From NCBI GenBank assembly GCA_046485285.1, contig JAWOHE010000051.1, positions 1-31,420 on the forward strand: a stretch of 31,420 bases of DNA, given 5' to 3'. How positions within the stretch are numbered: position 1 is the stretch's first letter; every line of letters starts with the position of its first letter. The position numbers and the translations under genes were made by a program. The stretch comes from a bacterium. GTDB lineage: Bacteria > Hydrothermota > Tepidihabitantia > Tepidihabitantales > Tepidihabitantaceae. Of the stretch, positions 16,576-25,581 are shown piece after piece. The notes below the pieces were generated by a model. It had not been told where the DNA came from and made no database searches. It was given only the letters and a program-made list of their open reading frames with translations.

Positions 16576-17256
16576 TCAGGGGCCGTTCCGGACGTCGACC
16601 GTGATGACGGCGGAGTGCGCCCGGTTTCCGCTCGAGTCCGAGGCCGCGGCGTAGAGCGTGTGGGTGCCGTTGCCGGCTGCCCGGCTGTCCCAGTAGTGGA
16701 TCCAGGGCGGGTTCGAGAGCAGGGCCAGGGTGTCGCCGTCGAGGAAAAAGATCAGCTCCGTCACGCCGCGGTTGTCCCAGGCGAGCGCCTCGACCCGGAC
16801 CGTGTCACTGACCACGGACCAGGACGCGGGCCGGACCAGCGAGACGACCGGCGGCTCGCGGTCCGGCGGCGTCTCGGGCGGGGCGATGATGGTGACGAAT
16901 ATCGGGCTGGTGTGGGTCTCGTTGCCGGCGGCATCGTGCGCCACGCAGTAGACCGAGTGACAGCCGGTCGTGTCCGGGTACCACCGGGCGTGGTACGGCT
17001 CGGACCGGACCGCGGCGAGGCTCTCGCCGTCAACGTAGAAGACGACCCGGTCGAGCCCGTGGTTGTCGTAGGCGTCGGCCCGGATATCAATCGTGTCGCG
17101 GCCGAGCGAGGCCCAGGCCGCCGGGTAGACGACCGAGACGGTCGGCGGCGTGGCATCGTAGGTCAGGTCAGCACAGCCGGCCGCGAGCAGGCCGAGCGCC
17201 GCGAACAGCGCCAGAGCGGGGGCGCGCCGGCCCCGGTTGTCGTCGCAGGTTCTCAT
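16576..17256 (-). CDS. Lipoprotein with two tandem bacterial Ig-like (Big_7-type) domains
   Basis: Lipobox LAAGC; two D..PP.VS.V.P...A.DN.G...V.F..DG...A.D..GN repeats. Confidence 0.85.
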   Translation of the reverse strand: MRTCDDNRGRRAPALALFAALGLLAAGCADLTYDATPPTVSVVYPAAWASLGRDTIDIRADAYDNHGLDRVVFYVDGESLAAVRSEPYHARWYPDTTGCHSVYCVAHDAAGNETHTSPIFVTIIAPPETPPDREPPVVSLVRPASWSVVSDTVRVEALAWDNRGVTELIFFLDGDTLALLSNPPWIHYWDSRAAGNGTHTLYAAASDSSGNRAHSAVITVDVRNGP

Positions 17257-19142
17257 CGGTACACCTCCACCTCACCGGTGGTTTCGAGGTCGAATGTCAG
17301 GTAGGCGAACGTGCCGTCTTCCTCGGTTCGCTCGACCCGGCGGAACGCGACCCCGCTCGCCCGCGCCTTCAAGCCCGGCTCGCCGAGGCGCAGGGTCAGC
17401 CCCTTGACCGGTTCAGGGTTGCGGTTGGCGAAGGCGAGGATGGTCCGGCCCGGGCCGGAGCTGACCCGGATGTCGACGTTGCGCCGCGCATCCCACCAGT
17501 CGGCAATCCGGTCAAGGCTGGTCAGCCAGGCATCGCCGGATTCCGCCGCCCCGGCAAGGAAACCGGTAACCGGCTTGAGGGTGGTGCCTGAGAAGCCGCT
17601 GTAGGCGGCGTGCAGGCTGAGAATCATCATTCCCCGCCGCTCCCGGGCCAGGCCGCGCCAGGCCGATTCCAGCCGCGCCGCGAAGCGCCGGGCGTCCCGG
17701 GCCTGGTCGGGCTCCGGGTAGTCCGACCCGGACGTGCCCTGGCCGTAGAAGTCCCAGTCCTCGAGCGCCGGCGAGAGTTCGAGCACGTCCGTGACCAGGC
17801 AGTACTGGCCCCGCACCCAGACCGGCAGGTGGTAGGGGAAGAGCGCGCCCGCGAAGCCGGTCGCGTGGTCGAGGAAGATCGATGAGTCGTACCGGTAGCG
17901 CCGCTGGGCGAGGGCGAACAGACCGGCGGCGGTGCGGTTGCTGAACGGGAAGCGGAAGCCCCGCACCGGCTGCCCGAGGAAGTCCTCCAGCCGGGCGAGC
18001 TCCCAGACCGCGCGGCAGTAGTCCAGGTCCCGGAAATACGGGTGGCTGAAGCTCAGGCTGGCGAGGCGCGCCCGGGGTTCGCGCCGCAGGCAGTCCAGCG
18101 TCGCGGCCGTCACCCGGCCGGTGACGAACACGTCGAGCTCGCGCAGGCCGGGCACGGCAAGCAGGCCGGCCAGCATCCGTTCAATGCCGCCGCCCGGGGC
18201 CGGGTCGCCGGCCTCGTTAAGGGTCACCGCCAGCGCGCTCCGGTACGCGCCCGGCCAGGGGTTGACGCAGACCTCCGGCCCTGAGCCCAGCGCCAGCGCG
18301 AACACCCGGCGGTAGAACGAGGCTATCGCCGGGACGTCGCCCGCGCCCCCGTCGATCGACGGCTGGAGCAGGAGGAAGTGGGGCACGAGGATGCCCCAGC
18401 CGCGGCCGAAGGCGTTGGCCGTGACGCCGGGGAAGGTCGTCCGGCCGTCGGTCCAGCTGGCGAGAGACTGGAAGCCGCCGGCCGACTCGACCGGCACGAG
18501 CAACCAGGCTTCCTCGAACGGCCGTGTCAGGTCGGCCCGGTAGTCCTCGAACAGCGCCGCGTCCGGGTCCTTGACCAGCCGGAAGCCAGCCAGGTTCTCC
18601 TCCCGCATCGAGTAGCCGAAGACCGGGGCGAGCGGCCATTCTGTTTCGTCGAGCAGGTTGCCCGACGCCACCCGGTCCTCGCCGTCAGGCGTATTCCGGC
18701 CGATGTTCTCGCCCGAGATCAGGATTCCGCCCGCATTCACCCACCCAGCGAGGTTAGCCATGCTCACGCTGTCGAGATACGACAGCGAGAAGACCCGGTC
18801 AGCGTCGTGGTAGCCCGCGATGGTCGGCGCGACGATGATCCGCGTCGAGTCGAGTCGGCCCCGGTCGAGCAGGATCGATTTGTCCGCGACCTCGGCGAGC
18901 GCGCCCAGGCCGTTGAATGTCTCGAGGCAGATATTGGCCCCGGACGGCAGCAGGCCCGCGCCGTCGGAGCCGGTTGTCAGGAACAGCACCCGGGGATAGA
19001 CGAGAGCGATGTCCGGGTTGGCGCCTGCCGCCCGGGGGGCCGCGCCGCAGCCGGCCAGGGCCAGTACCGCCGCCGCGGCCGCGAGCCGGAGGCCGAGCCC
19101 TGACGCAGTGGCGCGGCGGCCGGGCGGGAGGGGACTGAACAT
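17253..19142 (-). CDS. Lipoprotein with N-terminal GATase-like fold and C-terminal degenerate polysaccharide-deacetylase-like domain
   Basis: Lipobox LALAGC; LAGWVNAGGILI; WPGAYRSALAVTLNE, SFSHPYF, GFRFPF, YRYDSS, LSLH, IADWW; ATGA overlap with the next gene. Confidence 0.75.
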   Translation of the reverse strand: MFSPLPPGRRATASGLGLRLAAAAAVLALAGCGAAPRAAGANPDIALVYPRVLFLTTGSDGAGLLPSGANICLETFNGLGALAEVADKSILLDRGRLDSTRIIVAPTIAGYHDADRVFSLSYLDSVSMANLAGWVNAGGILISGENIGRNTPDGEDRVASGNLLDETEWPLAPVFGYSMREENLAGFRLVKDPDAALFEDYRADLTRPFEEAWLLVPVESAGGFQSLASWTDGRTTFPGVTANAFGRGWGILVPHFLLLQPSIDGGAGDVPAIASFYRRVFALALGSGPEVCVNPWPGAYRSALAVTLNEAGDPAPGGGIERMLAGLLAVPGLRELDVFVTGRVTAATLDCLRREPRARLASLSFSHPYFRDLDYCRAVWELARLEDFLGQPVRGFRFPFSNRTAAGLFALAQRRYRYDSSIFLDHATGFAGALFPYHLPVWVRGQYCLVTDVLELSPALEDWDFYGQGTSGSDYPEPDQARDARRFAARLESAWRGLARERRGMMILSLHAAYSGFSGTTLKPVTGFLAGAAESGDAWLTSLDRIADWWDARRNVDIRVSSGPGRTILAFANRNPEPVKGLTLRLGEPGLKARASGVAFRRVERTEEDGTFAYLTFDLETTGEVEVYR

Positions 19143-19149
19143 CCGTGTG

Positions 19150-19155
19150 ATTATA
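19150..19155 (-). promoter_or_regulatory. -10 element (TATAAT) 7 nt before the ATG at 19142; probably a leaderless operon start
   Basis: Minus strand reads GGGTATAATCACACGGATG; no SD sequence and no clear -35. Confidence 0.55.
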
Positions 19156-19234
19156 CCCGCATCGTCGGGACAATCCAGCGGCCGTCGGGCCGGACGGTGA
19201 CTGTACCCGCCTGCGCCGGCGTCGCCGGACGCAG

Positions 19235-19260
19235 GCGGGCGAGGATTGCTCCCCGCCCGC
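19235..19260 (-). terminator. Hairpin downstream of CDS 19289-21055
   Basis: GCGGGCGAGGA-TTGC-TCCCCGCCCGC. Confidence 0.5.
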
Positions 19261-19288
19261 AGTTGTCCTGGCGCCGTTGGCCGGGCCG

Positions 19289-21055
19289 CTACTTCACGAC
19301 CGTGACCGGGACGGTCAGCGTTGTGCCGTCCGCGTCGGCGCGGACGAAGTAGACGCCCGGCGCGAGCCCGGTGGCGTCAAACCCGAGCGAGTGCCGCCCG
19401 GCCGCGCTCGAGCCCTCGAACACCGTTCTGACCGCGCGGCCGCCGCGGTCGTAAAGGCGCACTGCCAGGCGGGCCGGCCGGTTGAGGGTATACGTCAGCT
19501 GACCGCGGCCGGTGAGCGGGTTCGGCGCGACGCTGAGTATCCCGTCCGCCATCACCAGCCGGCGTTGCTCGGCGACGCCGGACCAGTCGGTGCGGTCGAA
19601 GTACGCCGAGAAGTTGCTGCGGCGCAGGTAGACAACGCCATAGGCACTGCCCAGGAACTCGATGGCCGGGCGGTTCCAGTACGGCTGGTGGTCGGACATG
19701 GCAACCGGAGTGGTCCAGGGCCCGGCATAGTCGCGCCAGGTGTAGCGCATCTCGCGGGTCGGCGTGTAGTGCCGGTAGATTATCGCCTGGCCGCCGCCCG
19801 CGCGCATCGCGACGTCCGGCGACTCCGAGCCGGTTGTTGTGTCGTTGCCGACATTGCCGTAGAACCAGGTGCTGCCCGGGTTGCCGCCCTGGTAGTTGGT
19901 GAAGTACTGCACCCAGAACAGGCTCCCGGGCTCGTAATCGAAGGCGCACAGGATTGTGTCGTGGTAGGCGCCGATCGAGGTGTACTCGCCCTGCTCGGCC
20001 GGGATGCTGCGCATAACCCGGAACCCAGGCCCGCGGCGGGCGGTGATGCGGACGTTGTCGAGGGTGTCGTAGTACGAAAGCCAGATGAACGAGCTTTCCG
20101 CGCCCGCGTTGAAGCAGGCGTCGAGCCCGCGGTCCGCGTTCGTCACCCCGGTCGAGATTATCGTGTCCCAGGTCGCGGCGGCCGCAGTAGACCAGATGTA
20201 CTTGATCGCGCCGCTGTGGAGCAGGGTGAAGCAGTAGATCCGGTCGTTGTAGGTGTCCTGGGACGAGACCAGCGATATCTCCTTGACCGAGTCGCCCGCC
20301 GCCGCGGTGTAGATGGTCAGCCAGGCCGAGCCGTTGCCGAATGCGGTGTCAGCACCGGTGCTGGCCCGGAACCGGCGGACGCGCGCCTGGCGGTTCGGGG
20401 AGACCCCGCCATCATACACGACATAGCAGTAGTTGGTCAGCACCGCGGCGCTGACCGCATACATGTTGAGAGATGTGAACCAAGTGTAGGTCTCGGTCCA
20501 ACTGACCCCGCCGTTGGTGGACAGGTTGACCGACCAGTAATTGCCCGTGCCCTCCCGGTACGCAAGAACGGCGAAGAGGTTGCCCGAGGCCCGGTGGATG
20601 TCGAGCTCAACAAGCGAAATCGTGTCGCGGTTGCCGATGCGGACATCGTCGCCCCAGAGACAGGTCTGGTACGTCGGCACCGGCGTGCGCCAGGAGTTGC
20701 CGATCGTGACCGCGCACGGGTCGACCAAGCCGCCGAGCGCGTGGAACGCCGCACGTGCCTCATCGTACCGGCCCCGGTTCCAGAGGCCGGTGACCTCGGC
20801 CGCTGCCGCGCGGGCCGCCGGGCTCGCGTCGCCGGGCAATTCGAGTTCGATGCGGGAATTATCGCGCTCGGCCTGGTTCATCCGCTCGAGTGCGACCCAG
20901 GCCGGGAAGCGCTCGGTCTCGGGCCGGGGCTGGTCGCGGTCAGTCGGGCTCGCGACGCGCGGGCGCGAGTGGATGTCGCCCTGGGGTGCCGGGAGCTCCA
21001 AGGCGAGCGAGGCTGCCGCAATCGCCAGGACCGCGGCGATGACTACCTTCTTCAT
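19289..21055 (-). CDS. Secreted protein with BNR/propeller-like region and canonical T9SS type A sorting domain
   Basis: Signal peptide; STNGGVSW BNR-like motif; tail LSVAPNP...LYDRGGRAV...LAPGVYFVR...VTVVK; RBS AAAGGAGG. Confidence 0.8.
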   Translation of the reverse strand: MKKVVIAAVLAIAAASLALELPAPQGDIHSRPRVASPTDRDQPRPETERFPAWVALERMNQAERDNSRIELELPGDASPAARAAAAEVTGLWNRGRYDEARAAFHALGGLVDPCAVTIGNSWRTPVPTYQTCLWGDDVRIGNRDTISLVELDIHRASGNLFAVLAYREGTGNYWSVNLSTNGGVSWTETYTWFTSLNMYAVSAAVLTNYCYVVYDGGVSPNRQARVRRFRASTGADTAFGNGSAWLTIYTAAAGDSVKEISLVSSQDTYNDRIYCFTLLHSGAIKYIWSTAAAATWDTIISTGVTNADRGLDACFNAGAESSFIWLSYYDTLDNVRITARRGPGFRVMRSIPAEQGEYTSIGAYHDTILCAFDYEPGSLFWVQYFTNYQGGNPGSTWFYGNVGNDTTTGSESPDVAMRAGGGQAIIYRHYTPTREMRYTWRDYAGPWTTPVAMSDHQPYWNRPAIEFLGSAYGVVYLRRSNFSAYFDRTDWSGVAEQRRLVMADGILSVAPNPLTGRGQLTYTLNRPARLAVRLYDRGGRAVRTVFEGSSAAGRHSLGFDATGLAPGVYFVRADADGTTLTVPVTVVK

Positions 21056-21077
21056 ACGGCCTCCTTTGATTCAAGCG

Positions 21078-21105
21078 ATGATAGGTCGGCCGGCACCGCT
21101 GTCAA
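21078..21105 (-). promoter_or_regulatory. Sigma-70-type promoter (TTGACA-N16-TATCAT)
   Basis: Read directly on the minus strand; near-identical copy at 29186-29213. Confidence 0.7.
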
Positions 21106-21127
21106 GGGCGGCTGGCGGGCCGGGTAG

Positions 21128-21853
21128 TTACCGGCTGTCCCCGGCCGGGGTCGAGTCGTCCTCGGACCAGAATACTATCTTCCACTCGCCCCGGGCCCCG
21201 CACTCGTTGGTGTACGGCACCCGGATGTCGAGGTCTTCGCCCCGGGCCAGGCTCGGAAGCGGCACCGAGAAGAACGCCATATTGCTTTCGATGGGGAAGC
21301 CGGCAAAGCCCGGGTACTCCCACTCCAGCTCCGGGTTGGCGATGCTGAAGCCTTCGTTGTACGTCAACCAGACCGTTGGCACCAGCGGCACCACCGGCGG
21401 CATCTCACCGTCCGCCTCGCCCCGTGCTTCCGCAGCCATATCGGCCGTGATTAAGGTCAGGTGGGGTGAGAAAGGCCGCGGGCCGGAGGTGATGACCGGC
21501 TGGATAGGTTCGTCCGTGCTCTCCCAGGCCGGCCCGAGCTGGAACGGGCCGAGCGTGCCTTCACCGTGCACCTGCAGGGCGGGCAGGGCGGCGACCCCGC
21601 CGTCCGGGCCTTCGACCCGGTTCTCGAACCAGGCCGCGAAATCCGGGGACGGCGAGGGTCCGAAGCGGACGTTCTTGAACTCCGCGGTTGAGGTGTAGCT
21701 GGAGAAGGTGCCCTGCACTCCGTACGGGTCAATGGTCTGGGTGTAGTTGAGCTGGACGGTGACAGTGTACTCGGGCGAGCCGAGGAATGCCTGTGCGGCC
21801 GGCGCGGTCCCGGCACCGAGCATGAGGCAGGCAAGCGCGATTTGACTGCACAT
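21128..21853 (-). CDS. Hypothetical secreted protein
   Basis: RBS AGGAGG, signal-peptide-like N-terminus, 241 aa, GC3-biased codons; no domain recognised. Confidence 0.65.
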   Translation of the reverse strand: MCSQIALACLMLGAGTAPAAQAFLGSPEYTVTVQLNYTQTIDPYGVQGTFSSYTSTAEFKNVRFGPSPSPDFAAWFENRVEGPDGGVAALPALQVHGEGTLGPFQLGPAWESTDEPIQPVITSGPRPFSPHLTLITADMAAEARGEADGEMPPVVPLVPTVWLTYNEGFSIANPELEWEYPGFAGFPIESNMAFFSVPLPSLARGEDLDIRVPYTNECGARGEWKIVFWSEDDSTPAGDSR

Positions 21854-21862
21854 CAGCGCCTC

Positions 21863-23572
21863 CTACCTGGCGACAAGGACCCTGTGGACGACCGACGCAT
21901 CACGGACAAAGTAAACGCCCGGCGCGAGGCGGGAGACGTCGTTCGCCCCGGGCGCGAGCGCCATCACCTTCCGGCCGGAGGCGTCGAGGAGGACGATTGC
22001 AGATTGCAGGTTGCTGGTTGCAGAATGCAGATTGAGAGAGCCCCGGACGATGGTCGCGTTCGGCGTGAAGGCTGACGAGCCGGGCGCCGGGCGCTCCCTG
22101 ACCCCGGTCTGCCAGGCGCGGTAGAGCCCGGTCCGTGCCATGTCGAACTGGTAGGTCGGCCATTCCCAGGCCGCGCGGCTGAAGGGCACGCCGGCCTCGT
22201 AGACCGTGACCTCGGTCGTCCCGGAGGCGTCGGCGACGACGACGATGTCGAGCGAGTCGTCGCCGTCAACGTCAGCCACGGTCGCGCCGTTCAGGTAGGT
22301 GAAGCCGCCGGGCCGGAGCGGCCAGCCCGACACCGGCGTCCCGTCGTGGTGGACGGCAAACATGAAGCCCTTGCCCTCCGACATCAGGTTACTGGCGAAT
22401 ATCACCTCCATGTCGCCGTCGTCATCGAGGTCGACGACCGTGATGTTACCCTCCGCGGCGTCGCCGTTGGGCTGGACGACCGGGAAGCCGCCGAGCAGCG
22501 AGCCCCCGGCGTCGAAGCCGAAGAGCACCGCGGCCGCGCCGCCCATCACCCCGGACTGGCCGCAGAGCACCTCGATGTTGCCGTCGCGGTAGAGGTCGCA
22601 GGCGGTCGGCGGGCAGTAGGACCAGCGGGCGAACCGGTAGGGCCAGCCGGGCAGGAGCGTGCCGTCGTGGCGGAAGACGTAGGTGCCGCTGCCGTCGCGG
22701 TGCTCGGCGACGATTATCTCGAGCGTGTCGTCGCCGTCGACGTCGGCGAGCGCCGGCGACTGGTAGGAGAAGTAGCCGCCGTTGGGATTGGTCTGCGGCC
22801 AGCCCGGCTTGAGCGTTCCGTCGGCGCGGAACACGTAGAGCGAGTTGTATGAGCCGTAGACGATCTCGGGCCCGCCGTCGAGGTCGATGTCGCCGACCGC
22901 CGCGCCCATCGCCGGCACGTGGTCGAGCGAGCAGGGCCAGGCGCCGGGATACGGCGTGCCGCGATGGGTGAGGACGTGCAGGTGGCCGATCGGGTAGTCC
23001 CGCTCGCCGACGACTACCTCGAGCGTGTCGTCACCGTCGAGGTCGACGAGCGTCGGGCTGTCCGAGAAGTTGCCGCCGACGAGGCCGGTGAAGGGCCAGC
23101 CCGGCTTGGCCTCGCCGCCCTCGGTGAAGACGCAGACCGCTCCGCCGCTCGTCATCCCGCGCGTCGAGACCGCGATTTCGAACTCGCCGTCGAGGTCGAT
23201 GTCGGCGACCGAAGCGGCGTATTGGCCCATGCCGGGCAGACTGCGCGGCCAGCCCGGGTGGTAACTGCCGTCGTACCGCCAGACGTGAAGCTGGTTCCCG
23301 GTCGCGGGCATTATCACCTCGGGCCGGCCGTCGCCGTCGAAGTCGGCGAGGGCGACCCCGCGGCTCGGTCCGAACTGCGGGTTGCTGGTCACGGTCTTGG
23401 GCCATCCGGGCATCACCGGCAGGTCGGGCCGCGCGCATTCCGGCGCCGCGCGACCGGTCGCCCGGATTTCGCTGAGCCCCGGGACCTCGGCCTCCGGTCC
23501 GGTCACCATCACTTCCAGCAGGCCGGCGACCGACGCGGCCGCGAGCAGGCACGATACGAACAGGGCTTTCAT
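21863..23572 (-). CDS. FG-GAP/VCBS-like repeat protein with short T9SS-type C-terminal domain
   Basis: Repeated D.DGDG..E and PGWP motifs; W.T...D..RTG closure; TIVRG...LLDASGRKVM...PGVYFV tail. Confidence 0.85.
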   Translation of the reverse strand: MKALFVSCLLAAASVAGLLEVMVTGPEAEVPGLSEIRATGRAAPECARPDLPVMPGWPKTVTSNPQFGPSRGVALADFDGDGRPEVIMPATGNQLHVWRYDGSYHPGWPRSLPGMGQYAASVADIDLDGEFEIAVSTRGMTSGGAVCVFTEGGEAKPGWPFTGLVGGNFSDSPTLVDLDGDDTLEVVVGERDYPIGHLHVLTHRGTPYPGAWPCSLDHVPAMGAAVGDIDLDGGPEIVYGSYNSLYVFRADGTLKPGWPQTNPNGGYFSYQSPALADVDGDDTLEIIVAEHRDGSGTYVFRHDGTLLPGWPYRFARWSYCPPTACDLYRDGNIEVLCGQSGVMGGAAAVLFGFDAGGSLLGGFPVVQPNGDAAEGNITVVDLDDDGDMEVIFASNLMSEGKGFMFAVHHDGTPVSGWPLRPGGFTYLNGATVADVDGDDSLDIVVVADASGTTEVTVYEAGVPFSRAAWEWPTYQFDMARTGLYRAWQTGVRERPAPGSSAFTPNATIVRGSLNLHSATSNLQSAIVLLDASGRKVMALAPGANDVSRLAPGVYFVRDASVVHRVLVAR

Positions 23573-23586
23573 CTCTTACCTCCCAG

Positions 23587-25449
23587 CTACCTGGCCAGGA
23601 CCACCCGGGCGACGGCAGGCGCGCCGCGCCCGGGGCCCGAGGCCGAATGTACGAAATAGACGCCTGGCGACAGACGCGAAACGTCGTTCGGGCCGGGGGA
23701 GAGAGCCATCACCTTCCGGCCGGAGGCGTCGAGGAGGACGATTGCAGATTGCAGGTTGCAGATTGCAGAATGCAGATTGAGGGAGCCCCGGACGATGGTC
23801 GGGCCGGCAGCCGCCTCCGGCCCCCGGACCGCCGGCCGCTCGCGCGCCGCGGCCTGCGGCGCCCAGGGCGAGCCGGTGCGCTGTTTGTCGAACCGGAGCG
23901 TCGGCCAGGGCAGTTCGCCCGTGGCGCAGGCGGCATCGGTGTCCCAGATGAACCACCGCCCGTCGGACCCGGTCATCAGTATCTCGGTCAGGCCGTCGCC
24001 GTCCGCGTCCCAGAGCAGGGGCGTCTTGCAGAGCGGGATGTGGCCCTCGACGAAGCCCATGTTGCCCTGGTCGGGCAGGAAGTAGGTCGGGAAGTCCCGC
24101 TTCGGCCAGCCGGGCAGGCTCTCGCCCCCGGCACTGACGACGTAGAACGAGGAGTCGCAACCCGCGGTGAGAATCTCGAAGCCGGGCGTCGAATCGACGT
24201 TGCCGATGCCGGGCGCGTGCCAGACCGCGTTGCGGGTCTCGAACGGGAAGCCGGGCACCGGGCGGCCGTCGGCCCCGAAGACGTGGATGTGACCGCCCCA
24301 GTCGGCGCCGGACGCGACGAGGCCGAAACTGCCGACGACGATCTCGAGCCGCTCGTCGCCGGCGAGGTCGGCGACCGACGGGTGCGAGAAGGACTTGGTG
24401 TATAAGCCGGAGACGTAGCCGGCATCCTCGGTCAGGTCGACCGGGAAACCGTCGAGCCGGGTGCCGGAGGTGTCGAAGACGTCGAGGTACCCGGTCCGGC
24501 GCAGGATGATGATCTCCGGCGCGCCGTCGAGGTCGATGTCGGCGACCACCGGTGAGGCGTAGTCGGTCGACTGGGCTGAGATCGCTCCCTGGGTCTGCCA
24601 CTCGCGCCGGATACTGCCGTCCGAGTTGAGGATGAACAGCCGGCGCTCGAGCAGGGGCCAGGGGCTGTAACGGCCGTGGAGATTGACGTGGCAGATGATT
24701 TCCCTGAGGCCGTCGCCGTCAAGGTCGGCGACCGCCGGGCCGGTCCAGCAGCCGTGCTGGTTGATGGTGTCGCCGGGGTAGAACTCGGTGCGCCAGAGCG
24801 AATCGCCGCGAAGGTTGAGCGCGTAACAGCTCGCGCCGCCCTTGCGCGCGGAGTTGAAATCGGTCGTCATGAAGACGAGTTCGAGGGTGTCGTCGCCATT
24901 GATGTCCGCGGCCGCGACCTCGGCGTAGATGTCGTTGTAGGGGTCCTCGGGCCAGCCCGGGCAGATGAACGGCCAGCCCGGCTTCGTCCGGCCGCTCATC
25001 GCGTCGAGGACATAGACCCGGCACTTGTAGTTGGGCGGGTCGGGGAAGAACGTCTCGCACATCGGGATGATGAGGTCGTCGTAGCCGTCGAGGTCGAGGT
25101 CGGCGACGGTGACCGAGGCCGGCTCGGGGTTGCCCATGTAGCCCCAGGTCTGGGCCCACTTGCGGCTCAGGTCGTGGTCGAAGACGGCGACGCGGGTGAT
25201 GCGGGTATTCTGCTGGCCGACATCGGAGAGCCGGCAGACGTACTCGAGTTCCGGGTCGTCGTCGAAATTGCCGGCGTTGACCGCCAGACCCCAGGTCCCC
25301 TCGAGCTCGATGACGGTGTCATCGAGCGGGCGGCCGGCATCAAACACGGCCGTCCGGATACCGCCGGCGCCGATCTCGGTCAAGGTGACCGTCCGGCCGG
25401 GCGCCGCGAGTCCGGCCAGCAAGGCAAGCGCGAACATGGTCAGCGACAT
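23587..25449 (-). CDS. FG-GAP/VCBS-like repeat protein with short T9SS-type C-terminal domain
   Basis: ADLDLDGYDD, ADINGDDTLE, ADLDGDGLRE and similar; start MSLTM at 25449 after GAGGAGG; same tail cassette. Confidence 0.85.
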   Translation of the reverse strand: MSLTMFALALLAGLAAPGRTVTLTEIGAGGIRTAVFDAGRPLDDTVIELEGTWGLAVNAGNFDDDPELEYVCRLSDVGQQNTRITRVAVFDHDLSRKWAQTWGYMGNPEPASVTVADLDLDGYDDLIIPMCETFFPDPPNYKCRVYVLDAMSGRTKPGWPFICPGWPEDPYNDIYAEVAAADINGDDTLELVFMTTDFNSARKGGASCYALNLRGDSLWRTEFYPGDTINQHGCWTGPAVADLDGDGLREIICHVNLHGRYSPWPLLERRLFILNSDGSIRREWQTQGAISAQSTDYASPVVADIDLDGAPEIIILRRTGYLDVFDTSGTRLDGFPVDLTEDAGYVSGLYTKSFSHPSVADLAGDERLEIVVGSFGLVASGADWGGHIHVFGADGRPVPGFPFETRNAVWHAPGIGNVDSTPGFEILTAGCDSSFYVVSAGGESLPGWPKRDFPTYFLPDQGNMGFVEGHIPLCKTPLLWDADGDGLTEILMTGSDGRWFIWDTDAACATGELPWPTLRFDKQRTGSPWAPQAAARERPAVRGPEAAAGPTIVRGSLNLHSAICNLQSAIVLLDASGRKVMALSPGPNDVSRLSPGVYFVHSASGPGRGAPAVARVVLAR

Positions 25450-25473
25450 GCTGCCTCCTCTCAAGTTCGCCCA

Positions 25474-25501
25474 AGTGTAGCCTGCGACCGGTTCCCGTCA
25501 A
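25474..25501 (-). promoter_or_regulatory. Sigma-70-type promoter (TTGACG-N16-TACACT)
   Basis: Read on the minus strand about 25 nt upstream of the ATG at 25449. Confidence 0.6.
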
Positions 25502-25534
25502 CGGCGAACCGCAGTCCCGGCCCGGACGACAACG

Positions 25535-25562
25535 ACGGCGGGGAGCGCAGGCTCCCCGCTGT
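25535..25562 (-). terminator. Hairpin downstream of the LVIVD gene
   Basis: ACGGCGGGGAGC-GCAG-GCTCCCCGCTGT. Confidence 0.6.
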
Positions 25563-25581
25563 GACGAACGGCCTTACCGGG

